In this document: positions 10,488 through 19,258 of the stretch, piece after piece
Numbering within the stretch: position 1 is the first letter of the stretch
Layout of the letters: each line of letters begins with the position of its first letter
DNA from: an uncultured bacterium
GTDB lineage: Bacteria > Patescibacteriota > Microgenomatia > UBA1400 > MFAQ01
Reading direction: 5' to 3'
Assembly (NCBI GenBank): GCA_963980225.1
Contig: CAXBYW010000002.1
Coordinates: forward strand, 103,582-167,581
DNA length: 64,000 bases
Notes under the pieces: model-generated
The model's input: only the letters and a program-made list of their open reading frames with translations
Told to the model about the DNA's origin: nothing
Databases searched by the model: none
Program-made: the position numbers and the translations under genes

Positions 10488-11498
10488 ATGCCTGCCTATT
10501 TTGGATTAGATATTGGAAGTAGTTCTATTAAGATTTTAGAGTTAAAGGGAGATAAGAAAGTGGAGTCTGTGGGGATGGCTGTGAATCCTGTGGGCAGAAG
10601 TGATGTGGATTTACCAGGTGAACAAAGAGCAAAGATATCAGAGGTAATAAAAGGTTTACTAAAGGAGTCTGGGATAAAAACAAGAAGTGTCGTTCTATCT
10701 ATTCCTGAAGCCTTGGTGTTCTCTAGAATTTTGAAGTTACCGATAATGAGTACTCCAGAATTAGCTTCGGCTATAAAGTGGGAACTTGATCAAGTGGTCC
10801 CCTTTCCTCCAAATGAGATTGAGGTTTCTTGGGTGGTGATTGATAAACCTAAGAAAAAAGTTGGCAATGAAAAGATGAAAGTTTTTGTGGTTGCGGTTCC
10901 TAAAAAAGTAATGGAGAGTTATGTAAAATTTTTAACATTAACAGGACTTGAACCAGAAAGAATAGAAAATGAGGTATTGTCCTTAGTAAGAGGTCTTTCT
11001 AGTTTCACTAATGATAATAAAGTGAGTTTGATACTAGATGTGGGAGCTAGTACAACCAAAATGGTGCTAGTAGAAGGAAGTGAGATACACATGAGTCACA
11101 TCGTCCCCTTGGCAGGTATGGCTATGACTAGAATGATCTCTGAGACTTTTAAGATTCCAATCAATCAGGCTGAGGAATACAAGAGAACTTATGGAGTGGA
11201 CAAGCAACAGGTGGAAGGAAAGATATACAATACACTGAATGGCTTGATAGACAGTTTGGTTGTGGAGATCAAAAAAGTAGTGGCAAATTTCTCAAATATG
11301 GAGAAAGACAAAAGAATAGAAAAAATTGTTTTGGTTGGAGGAGGTGCTTTTCTTAAAGGTTTTACTAGTGTTTTGGTGGAAAAAACAGGATTAGATGTTG
11401 TAATTGGTGAGCCTTTTGGGCCAGTTGAAGTGCCTGAAAAAATAAAAGCTTCTGGGGTTTTGTATGCGACCACTCTGGGATTAGCAATTTCTGAGTAA
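10488..11498 (+). CDS. pilM: type IV pilus assembly protein PilM (actin-like ATPase fold)
   Basis: N-terminal YFGLDIGSSSIKILEL, 336 aa. Confidence 0.8.
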   Translation: MPAYFGLDIGSSSIKILELKGDKKVESVGMAVNPVGRSDVDLPGEQRAKISEVIKGLLKESGIKTRSVVLSIPEALVFSRILKLPIMSTPELASAIKWELDQVVPFPPNEIEVSWVVIDKPKKKVGNEKMKVFVVAVPKKVMESYVKFLTLTGLEPERIENEVLSLVRGLSSFTNDNKVSLILDVGASTTKMVLVEGSEIHMSHIVPLAGMAMTRMISETFKIPINQAEEYKRTYGVDKQQVEGKIYNTLNGLIDSLVVEIKKVVANFSNMEKDKRIEKIVLVGGGAFLKGFTSVLVEKTGLDVVIGEPFGPVEVPEKIKASGVLYATTLGLAISE

Positions 11499-11500
11499 AG

Positions 11501-12040
11501 ATGGCTAAAATAAATTTACTTAAGCAAGAATGGGTTGGAAAAAGTCAGATCAAGAAATTGAAGATGGCAGCCAGGGTAATTTTGATTTTAACTGTAAGTG
11601 GTTTTTTACTGCAAACCTTTTACATTACAGGTAGATTGGTTTATTTAAGAAATAAGATTAATAACACACAAGATGAGATAAAAACCTTAAATAGTGTGTT
11701 TTCGACTAATAAAAATTTGACAGAAAACTATGTCTGGGCTCAAGGGATGTTAGAGATACTAGAGAGTGAAAGAAACAAGGAATATAAGTACAAGGATTAT
11801 TTAGTAGAAATAAACAGCTGGTTAAATGAAGGAACGTCTTTAGTGGGAGTAAGTTTTACTGAGAGAGATGAAATTACTTTCCTTGTTTATGCTGATGGAA
11901 TAGATGATTATAGAGCTTTTGAGACTAATTTAAACTTAAGACAACTAGATGAAAATTTTGGTTTCACAGTAGTTGAACAAGATTCTTTAAGCAGAATAGA
12001 AGATGGTACTTATAAAGTAAAGATTAAATTAAAAATATGA
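11501..12040 (+). CDS. PilN-like bitopic membrane protein
   Basis: single N-terminal TM, 179 aa, directly after pilM. Confidence 0.5.
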   Translation: MAKINLLKQEWVGKSQIKKLKMAARVILILTVSGFLLQTFYITGRLVYLRNKINNTQDEIKTLNSVFSTNKNLTENYVWAQGMLEILESERNKEYKYKDYLVEINSWLNEGTSLVGVSFTERDEITFLVYADGIDDYRAFETNLNLRQLDENFGFTVVEQDSLSRIEDGTYKVKIKLKI

Positions 12041-12795
12041 CAAAAAAGATTTTTGGGATTTTACTTCCTGAGTGGGTGGATGAAGAAGCATTAAGGAAGT
12101 TGGTGTATAGTTTTTTGGGCTTGGTGGTAGCTATTTTGGTTTCGATATTGTTTGTTTGGCCTAGGTTTGCTGATTTATATAAGGAAGAAAAAGACTTAAA
12201 AAAACTAGAGAACTCCTTGGAAGTTTTATCAGGCTCTGTTGATAGGGTGCAGGAGTTTGAAAATAATTTGGGTGAGGATGAACTATCGATCTTAAGTTTG
12301 GCAGTACCAAAAACTTTTGACCCGGGAATAATACTTTCTTCTTTAAGGCAGATTAGTGCTAGTACAGGAGTAATCATTGAGTCTTATGAATTATCTAAAG
12401 GAGTGGTTGAGATCGATGTAGACAAGAAGATTCAGATAAAGGATGGAATGGTAAACCTAAACAAACATAGGGTTATGTTGAAGTTAGTTGGAAGCTCAGA
12501 TAGATTAATAAGATTTATAGATTTATTAGGTAAAAGCTTACCGGTTTCTATTATTTCTGAACTATCCTTGTCTGAGATTTCAAAGTTATTTACGATACAA
12601 GGATTGAGTCAACTTGAAATGGAGATAACTTATTTTGAATCAGATTTAGCTGAAGTATCTTTGGACAAGGTGGTTGGTTTTACCGATAAAAATGAACAGT
12701 TATTAGGTGAGATATTGCTTTATTCAAAACCTAACATCACTGAAAATAACTTGGGCGGTCAGACCGGAAGGCAGGGAAGTTTGTTTGGGCTTTAA
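12037..12795 (+). CDS. PilO-like bitopic membrane protein
   Basis: single TM then coiled coil; position after pilN-like gene. Confidence 0.45.
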   Translation: MTKKIFGILLPEWVDEEALRKLVYSFLGLVVAILVSILFVWPRFADLYKEEKDLKKLENSLEVLSGSVDRVQEFENNLGEDELSILSLAVPKTFDPGIILSSLRQISASTGVIIESYELSKGVVEIDVDKKIQIKDGMVNLNKHRVMLKLVGSSDRLIRFIDLLGKSLPVSIISELSLSEISKLFTIQGLSQLEMEITYFESDLAEVSLDKVVGFTDKNEQLLGEILLYSKPNITENNLGGQTGRQGSLFGL

Positions 12796-13187
12796 GCTTC
12801 AGGTTTCTCTTCTAAGGTTGGTGCTTCAACCATAGGTTCATCAGCTTTGACTTCTTCTTTCACTTCTTCTTTGGTTTCAACGACGGGTTCGTCGACTTGA
12901 GGTTGATCTTCCATAGTTGGTTCCTCTTGAGAAGGCTTTGGTTGACCATCATCTTTTAAATCTACCCTGACTCTAATCCCCTTTTGGATAGCAGCAATCC
13001 TAACAATCTGCCTGATGGCGTTAATTACTTTACCAGATCTACCAATGACTCTACCAACGTCTTCTGGATTGACCTCAATGGTAATGTTACTTAACTCCTC
13101 TTCCCCGGAGGTCTTGGTTTCTTCTATGATTACATCTTCTGGATGATTAACTAGGTTGGAAACTATGTATTCTACAAGTTGTTTCAT
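12792..13187 (-). CDS. KH-domain RNA-binding protein (KhpA/YlqC-like) with acidic C-terminal tail
   Basis: VGRVIGRSGKVINAIRQIV KH motif; sits beside rpsP. Confidence 0.75.
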   Translation of the reverse strand: MKQLVEYIVSNLVNHPEDVIIEETKTSGEEELSNITIEVNPEDVGRVIGRSGKVINAIRQIVRIAAIQKGIRVRVDLKDDGQPKPSQEEPTMEDQPQVDEPVVETKEEVKEEVKADEPMVEAPTLEEKPEA

Positions 13188-13438
13188 AATGTTTTTTTTG
13201 TGATTGTTAATGTTTTGTTAACTAGTTGTCTGATGGTGTCTGTTGGTTGAGCACCTTTTTTAATCCAAGCTTCATAAAGAGGCTTGTCCAGAGTAATTTC
13301 GTTTTTAGGGTCTCTAGGGTTGTAATGGCCTAGTAGATCTATGTACCTACCAGTTAGCTTGGATCTGTCTCTTGCCACCACAATTCTAAATAATCTTTGG
13401 TTTCTTTTACCGGTTGGTTGTAGCTTAATTTTTAGCAT
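13184..13438 (-). CDS. rpsP: 30S ribosomal protein S16
   Basis: MLKIKLQPTGKRNQRLFRIVVARDRSK. Confidence 0.9.
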   Translation of the reverse strand: MLKIKLQPTGKRNQRLFRIVVARDRSKLTGRYIDLLGHYNPRDPKNEITLDKPLYEAWIKKGAQPTDTIRQLVNKTLTITKKTL

Positions 13439-13446
13439 GATGGTGA

Positions 13447-14130
13447 TTATATCAGTTTTAGAGCCTGTTGTGCAGCTAATTGCTCGGCCTCTTGTTTGTT
13501 TTTACCCTTTCCCAGAGATATTTTTTTAGCACCAATGAAAACAGCAACGGTGAATTCTTTTTGGTGGTCTGGCCCCTTCTCCTTGATGATTTTGTAGGAT
13601 GGAGAGCTCATCTTCTGAGATTGGACCTTTTCTTGGAGTAGAGACTTGGAGTCTTTTAACTCACCTTTTTTAAGTAGTTCTTGGGCGTGAGGGATGACAT
13701 AGTTTTGAAAGAATTTTTTTGCTGCCTCAAATCCTCCGTCTAGGTAGATGGCGCCCATTAAACTTTCTACGGAATCTTCTAAAATAGAAGGGTTTTCTTT
13801 GCCTCCACCAACTTCTTCTCCCTTGCTCATATATATATGCTTGGGGAGACCTAGTTTAATAGCTAAGGCAGATAAAGATTTGGTTCTAACGACTACGGAC
13901 CTAGCGGTCGTCAGGTAGCCCTCGTCACCCTCTTCATAAGTATGGAAAAGATAGTCGGTGATGAGCATTTCTAAAATAGCATCACCTAGGTACTCTAGCC
14001 TCTCGTAGCTTTGAGTTATACCAGTTTCATTGAGAGCTGACCTGTGGGTAAGGGCCTTTTGCAGTAAGGTAATGTCTTTGAAGTTGTAGTTAATTTTTTT
14101 TTGGAGCTGGTCTAGTTGAAAGAATTTCAT
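13447..14130 (-). CDS. rnc: ribonuclease III
   Basis: ERLEYLGDAILE signature, C-terminal dsRBD. Confidence 0.9.
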   Translation of the reverse strand: MKFFQLDQLQKKINYNFKDITLLQKALTHRSALNETGITQSYERLEYLGDAILEMLITDYLFHTYEEGDEGYLTTARSVVVRTKSLSALAIKLGLPKHIYMSKGEEVGGGKENPSILEDSVESLMGAIYLDGGFEAAKKFFQNYVIPHAQELLKKGELKDSKSLLQEKVQSQKMSSPSYKIIKEKGPDHQKEFTVAVFIGAKKISLGKGKNKQEAEQLAAQQALKLI

Positions 14131-14504
14131 TTTTCTGGTTTTATGTCTCGCTTAGTGAGTTTTAAGGCGGAAGCTAGGGCTCCGTTGATAAAACTGCCTG
14201 AGCTGACGCTGCCATATCTTTTGGCAATTTCTATAGCTTCATCGATAATAACTTTTGTTGGTGTGTCTGGTTCGTAGAGTAGTTCATAAACAGCTAGTCT
14301 TAAAATAGCGATGTCAGTTTTGTTTATTTGTTCTAAGGGCCATTCTGTAGCCGATTTTTTAATTATCTTGTCGAGTTCTTCTTGTTTCTCTTCTACCTTG
14401 TTACTTAAATCATTGAAATGACCTTGATCAGTGAAACTTCTGGCAAAGAGAGATTTAAATGTCTTTATCCTACGCAAGTGCCTAGGATCTTGGGCAGTTT
14501 TCAT
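14127..14504 (-). CDS. nusB: transcription antitermination factor NusB
   Basis: 125 aa, DIAILRLAVYELLY motif. Confidence 0.8.
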   Translation of the reverse strand: MKTAQDPRHLRRIKTFKSLFARSFTDQGHFNDLSNKVEEKQEELDKIIKKSATEWPLEQINKTDIAILRLAVYELLYEPDTPTKVIIDEAIEIAKRYGSVSSGSFINGALASALKLTKRDIKPEK

Positions 14505-14508
14505 TGTT

Positions 14509-14652
14509 TTAGCAGTGTTCGCAAGTAAAATGCGATCTTTTTAGTTTCTTGCATTTAGGACAAGAGATAAGTTTTGGTTTTTTTAGAACTATTTGGCTAC
14601 GTCTTTTACCTTGACGAGCGGTAGAGTGTTTTCTTTTTGGTGTTGCTGCCAT
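14509..14652 (-). CDS. rpmF: 50S ribosomal protein L32 (not in ORF track, <60 aa)
   Basis: hand translation MAATPKRKHSTARQGKRRSQIVLKKPKLISCPKCKKLKDSHFTCEHC, zinc-ribbon tetracysteine. Confidence 0.8.
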   Translation of the reverse strand: MAATPKRKHSTARQGKRRSQIVLKKPKLISCPKCKKLKRSHFTCEHC

Positions 14653-14665
14653 GGGTGATATTTTA

Positions 14666-16594
14666 TCAGCTTAGCTTACGAGAGACAATAGCCTGTGATT
14701 TAGCCGTCTGGAAGAGGTCTTTGTTCCAGAAATATTTTAATCGTACTGGGAGACGACCGTGTTGTTTTTTACCAAACATCTCCCCTGCTCCACGAAGTTT
14801 GAGATCTAGTTTGGCCAATTTTAATCCAGAAGAATGTTTTGAGAGTAACTGAAGCCGATCGATACCTGTTTGTTCGGTTTGAGAAGGAATTACTAGGCAG
14901 TAAGACTGTTCTTGTCCCCTACCTACCCGACCACGAAGTTGATGAAGTTGGGCAAGTCCAAACCTATCAGCAGAGTGAATAATGATAATGTTAGCCTTAG
15001 GAATGTCTATACCTACCTCTATTAAAGGAGTGGCTACCAAAATACCAGCTTTTACCTTTCCGAACTCTTTTAGTATCTTGTCTCTTTCATCTGGTGGAGT
15101 TTTGCCGTGTAGTGACCAGATAGGATAGTCTTTGCCAAAGTCTCTTTGGTATTGAGGCAGGGTGTCTTTTATGGATGCAGCCGTTTTTGATTCTATGTTG
15201 GGACAGACTACGAAGGCTTTATTACCCTTCTTTAATTGGCCAGCTAACCAATCTCTACCTTTTTTCAGTCTTTTTTTGTCCATAACCCAGGTTTTTACGG
15301 GTTTTCTATTTTTTGGTTTCTCTTTGATGGTGCTTATTTCGAGTTCTCCAAAAAGTCCTAAAGCTACGGTTCGGGGAATGGGGGTGGCACTCAAGTTTAT
15401 GATGTGAGGAGATGGTTTTCGTTCTAACAAGGCTTGTCTTTGTTTGACGCCAAATTTATGTTGCTCATCTATGGCTAGGATAGCTGGAGGGTTTTTTAAG
15501 GTTGTTGGTAGCTGTTCGATCAAGGCGTGGGTGCCAATGTATATATTAGGTTTGGTGGTGTTTTTGAACTTGTTGTTACCAGTAACCAAACTGATATTTT
15601 TGGGAAAGAGAGACATTTTTTTAAAGGTCTCTTGGTGTTGTTTAGCTAAAATTTGGGTAGGAGCTAGTAAGACAAATGAGAAACCGGAGTGAATACACTG
15701 GTTAGCTAGAAGAATGAGGGCGGCCGTTTTACCTGAACCCGTATCTCCGTGAATTAATCTTCTGCTGGGAGTAGTTGAGTTAACATCTTTGTAAGAATCT
15801 TTTAGAGCTTGTTGTTGGCCCTTGGTGAGTTTGAAAGGGAGTTTTTTTAAGCCTGAGATATGAACTTTTTGATCGATTGATAGCTTAATGGCTGGAGGTC
15901 TTTTGGATTGTTCCTTTAGGTTTTTTAAGTTAATCTTTAAGTGTTGATTGAAAGCTAGGCGTTTATCAGCTAAGTCTTGGTTTTTAAGGTTGAGAGGGAA
16001 ATGAATGTTTTGAATAGCTTGTTGGTTGGTGGGTAAGTTTAGTTTTTTCAAAGTATCTAAAGGAAGGGTTTCTTTTAACTTCGTTTTATCTAAAACTGAG
16101 CGAATCCTTCCCCTGAGCCATTTACTAGAAACTCCCTTGGTAAGTGGATAAATAGGAACAAAACCTTGGGTGTGAAGATTGCCCTTGTCGGTGAATAACT
16201 CGATTTGGGGGGCAAAGATAGCCAGTTTTTTAGCGTAGAAGGAGGGTGCTCCAGCGATAATGTAGGTTGCATTTGGTTTGATTAGAGAGCCTATGAAGCG
16301 TGAATTAAACCAGACGAGATTAATTTGGCCTGTTTTGTCGGTAGCTGTTGCTTGGGTGATGTGTTTGCCTGATTTGCTATAGAATGTGTTTGTTCGGCCG
16401 ATCTGGGCCTTGAAGCTAGCTGATATCTTGGGTTTTAGTTGGTTAATCGGAAGAGTGACGGAAAAGTCCAAGAAACGACTAGGAAAGTGATTCAAAAGAT
16501 CTTTTAGGGTGAATATACCTAAATTTTCAAGGCGTTTTTCGTAAGCTGGTCCGATTCCTGGTAATGTTGATATTTTTTTAGAGGACATAAGCAA
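14666..16594 (-). CDS. recG: ATP-dependent DNA helicase RecG
   Basis: N-terminal wedge/OB region, DTGSGKT Walker A, DEQHKFGV, HQLRGRVGRG. Confidence 0.85.
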   Translation of the reverse strand: MLMSSKKISTLPGIGPAYEKRLENLGIFTLKDLLNHFPSRFLDFSVTLPINQLKPKISASFKAQIGRTNTFYSKSGKHITQATATDKTGQINLVWFNSRFIGSLIKPNATYIIAGAPSFYAKKLAIFAPQIELFTDKGNLHTQGFVPIYPLTKGVSSKWLRGRIRSVLDKTKLKETLPLDTLKKLNLPTNQQAIQNIHFPLNLKNQDLADKRLAFNQHLKINLKNLKEQSKRPPAIKLSIDQKVHISGLKKLPFKLTKGQQQALKDSYKDVNSTTPSRRLIHGDTGSGKTAALILLANQCIHSGFSFVLLAPTQILAKQHQETFKKMSLFPKNISLVTGNNKFKNTTKPNIYIGTHALIEQLPTTLKNPPAILAIDEQHKFGVKQRQALLERKPSPHIINLSATPIPRTVALGLFGELEISTIKEKPKNRKPVKTWVMDKKRLKKGRDWLAGQLKKGNKAFVVCPNIESKTAASIKDTLPQYQRDFGKDYPIWSLHGKTPPDERDKILKEFGKVKAGILVATPLIEVGIDIPKANIIIIHSADRFGLAQLHQLRGRVGRGQEQSYCLVIPSQTEQTGIDRLQLLSKHSSGLKLAKLDLKLRGAGEMFGKKQHGRLPVRLKYFWNKDLFQTAKSQAIVSRKLS

Positions 16595-16702
16595 GGGGCG
16601 CGAAAATGCTTAAGATCATCGAAATAACGACGATGACGATGAAAGCTTGTAAAAGTTTTTTCTTGTTCCTTTTGGTCATGAATTTTATTATACTAAGTAA
16701 AG

Positions 16703-19258
16703 ATGTATAGAAGAAGGAGATATGGGAAAAAATTCAAACTGAAACTTAATATCGACTTGAAGAAGTTGAATTGGGGGAAAGTTTTTTTTGTTGGAAGTAT
16801 TTCAATGGTTGTCTTGATGATAGGCGTGTTCTTTTGGTACTCCAGAGATTTACCAGATCCAGGAGAGGTTTTGAGAAAGACCGGTTTTTCTTCTGTGATT
16901 TTAGATAGAAAAGGAGAAGAAGTTCTGTTTGATGTATATACAGATGAGAATAGAAAGTTCACGCCACTAGAAGAGATACCAGACTACTTGAAGCAAGCTA
17001 CTATTGCGGTTGAAGATAAAGACTTTTACAATCATCAGGGTTTTGATCTCTTTGGCATGTTAAGAGGTGTGAGTAGGTTTTTTACTAGAGGAAGAGCTCA
17101 GGGTGGTTCTACTTTGACACAGCAGTTAGTGAAGAATGTACTTTTAACCACAGAAAGAAGGGTTAGTAGAAAAGTAAGAGAGTTTGTTTTGTCGGTAAGG
17201 ATTGAGAGCAGATTTGATAAAGACGAGATACTACAGATGTATCTAAATGAAGCTCCTTATGGAGGTACGGCCTGGGGAGTAGCAGCAGCTAGTGAGATGT
17301 ACTATGGTAAGGAAGTGGTTGATCTTAATTTGGCTGAGAGTGTGATACTGGCGGGTTTACCACAAGCACCCACCAAGTATTCTCCTTACAACTCTGATGG
17401 GTATCTAGATAGAGCAAAACAGGTAGCTAGAAGAATGAAAGAAGATGGGTATATAGATGATGAAACTGAAGAGGAATTAATAAAGAGTCTGGAGAGCGTT
17501 GAGTTTAGGCCGGCTGGGGCAAGCATCAAAGCACCTCACTTCGTAATGGAAGTTAGGTCTTTACTTGAGGATATGCTTGGTCCACAGATACTAGAAAGAG
17601 GTGGTTTAAAAGTAACCACGACTCTGGACTGGGACTTACAGGAAAAAGCTCAGGATATTGTAGCTAAAGAGATAGACAAGGTGTCGGAAACACTAGACAT
17701 CTCAAATGGCGCCTCCATCATGATTGATGTTAATTCAGGAGATGTTCTATCTATGGTGGGTTCAAAAAATTTCTTTGACGAAGATATTGATGGCGAAGTG
17801 AATGTGGTTACCAGATTGAGACAGCCAGGATCGTCTATAAAGCCGGTGGTTTATGCAACGGCTCTCTCTAAAGGATTTACTCCAGCTAGTGTGCTGGTAG
17901 ACGTAGAGACAGAGTTCCCAGGTAAAGATGAGGCTACACCGTATATACCTAAAAACTATGATGGTGAGGAACATGGCCCCTTACACTTAAGAGATGCTTT
18001 AGCCAGTTCTATTAATGTTCCAGCTGTGAAACTTCTGGCTTTGGTAGGAGTTAAGGACGTTTTGAGTCAGGCGTATAAAATGGGAATGAATAGTTTGGAA
18101 GCAACCCAGGCGAATTTAAGTAGGTTAGGTTTGTCTATGGCTTTGGGAGGCGGAGAAGTTGAGCTTATGGAGTTATCAGCTGCTTACGGAGCATTTGCTA
18201 ACGGTGGTTTTAAGGTAGAGCCTGGATTTATCTTAAAGGTGGAAGATGCGGATGGTGAGGTGTTGTTTGAGAAAAAAGAGGTAAGCAGATCTAGAGTTAT
18301 TGATGAAAAAATTGCTTTCCTGATGAATTCTATTCTGTCTGATAACCAAGCCAGGTTAATTACTTTTGGAGAAAATTCATATCTTAATTTAGGAAGCAGA
18401 AGTGTGGCGGTTAAGACTGGCACGACCAATGATTTAAGAGATAACTGGACGGTGGGTTGGACGAGCGACGTGGTGGTGGGTGTATGGGTAGGAAACAATG
18501 ATAATTCACCGATGAAAAATGTTGCAAGCGGTGTCTCTGGAGCGGCTCCTATCTGGCGAAAACAGATGCTTGAAGTTCTCTCTTCATACCCTGACAAGCC
18601 TTTTAACATCCCTGGAGGAGTGATTCAGGTAGAAGTAGATAGAGTTTCAGGATATCCAGCCCATGATGGCTTTGCAAGTTATAAAGAATGGGTAATTGAG
18701 GGTACTTTGCCTATAGGTGAGGACACAATACATCAACAGGTGAAAGTGTGTAAGAACGACGGCACTAGATTGGCTAATCCAGTTCAAGTAGCGCAAGGAA
18801 ACTTTGATGGCAAAGAGTTTATTGTCTTAAAGGAAAGTGACCCGTTAACAAATAAGAATTTGTGGCAGATCGGGATTGATGCTTGGGTCGCCAAACAAGG
18901 TGATGATAAATATAGAGCACCAACTGAGTACTGTGAATCTGCTAGTGGATTGGATGTCCAGATAATTAGTCCTAAAGACAGATCTAGGGTGAATACTAAC
19001 ACGGTTCAGTTTAGGTTTGAAATAACCAGCGAAAAAGAAATTGAGCAAGCCAAGCTTTATGTAGATGATGTGTTAGAAGAGACTTTTACTAGTTTACCCT
19101 ACACCAAAGAAATTAATCTTGGAGATGGTCAACATAAAGTAAGAGTGGTGGCTAAAGACAAGGGTGGTAAAGAAAGTGACAGAACACACGAGTTTGGAGT
19201 AAATGAAGACTGGAATAGTGCACCGTCCCCTACCCCAACACCAAGTATTACACCTTAA
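16703..19258 (+). CDS. ponA: class A penicillin-binding protein (transglycosylase/transpeptidase) with extra C-terminal beta-domain
   Basis: N-terminal TM, GT51 motif EDKDFYNHQGFD, transpeptidase SxxK/KTGT, 851 aa. Confidence 0.85.
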   Translation: MYRRRRYGKKFKLKLNIDLKKLNWGKVFFVGSISMVVLMIGVFFWYSRDLPDPGEVLRKTGFSSVILDRKGEEVLFDVYTDENRKFTPLEEIPDYLKQATIAVEDKDFYNHQGFDLFGMLRGVSRFFTRGRAQGGSTLTQQLVKNVLLTTERRVSRKVREFVLSVRIESRFDKDEILQMYLNEAPYGGTAWGVAAASEMYYGKEVVDLNLAESVILAGLPQAPTKYSPYNSDGYLDRAKQVARRMKEDGYIDDETEEELIKSLESVEFRPAGASIKAPHFVMEVRSLLEDMLGPQILERGGLKVTTTLDWDLQEKAQDIVAKEIDKVSETLDISNGASIMIDVNSGDVLSMVGSKNFFDEDIDGEVNVVTRLRQPGSSIKPVVYATALSKGFTPASVLVDVETEFPGKDEATPYIPKNYDGEEHGPLHLRDALASSINVPAVKLLALVGVKDVLSQAYKMGMNSLEATQANLSRLGLSMALGGGEVELMELSAAYGAFANGGFKVEPGFILKVEDADGEVLFEKKEVSRSRVIDEKIAFLMNSILSDNQARLITFGENSYLNLGSRSVAVKTGTTNDLRDNWTVGWTSDVVVGVWVGNNDNSPMKNVASGVSGAAPIWRKQMLEVLSSYPDKPFNIPGGVIQVEVDRVSGYPAHDGFASYKEWVIEGTLPIGEDTIHQQVKVCKNDGTRLANPVQVAQGNFDGKEFIVLKESDPLTNKNLWQIGIDAWVAKQGDDKYRAPTEYCESASGLDVQIISPKDRSRVNTNTVQFRFEITSEKEIEQAKLYVDDVLEETFTSLPYTKEINLGDGQHKVRVVAKDKGGKESDRTHEFGVNEDWNSAPSPTPTPSITP

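Noticed and set aside
16579-16679. 33-codon minus-strand ORF (MTKRNKKKLLQAFIVIVVISMILSIFAPLAYVL) overlapping the recG start
   Set aside because: Hydrophobic and plausible as a micro-membrane protein, but it is very short, overlaps recG in another frame and has no support beyond being open.
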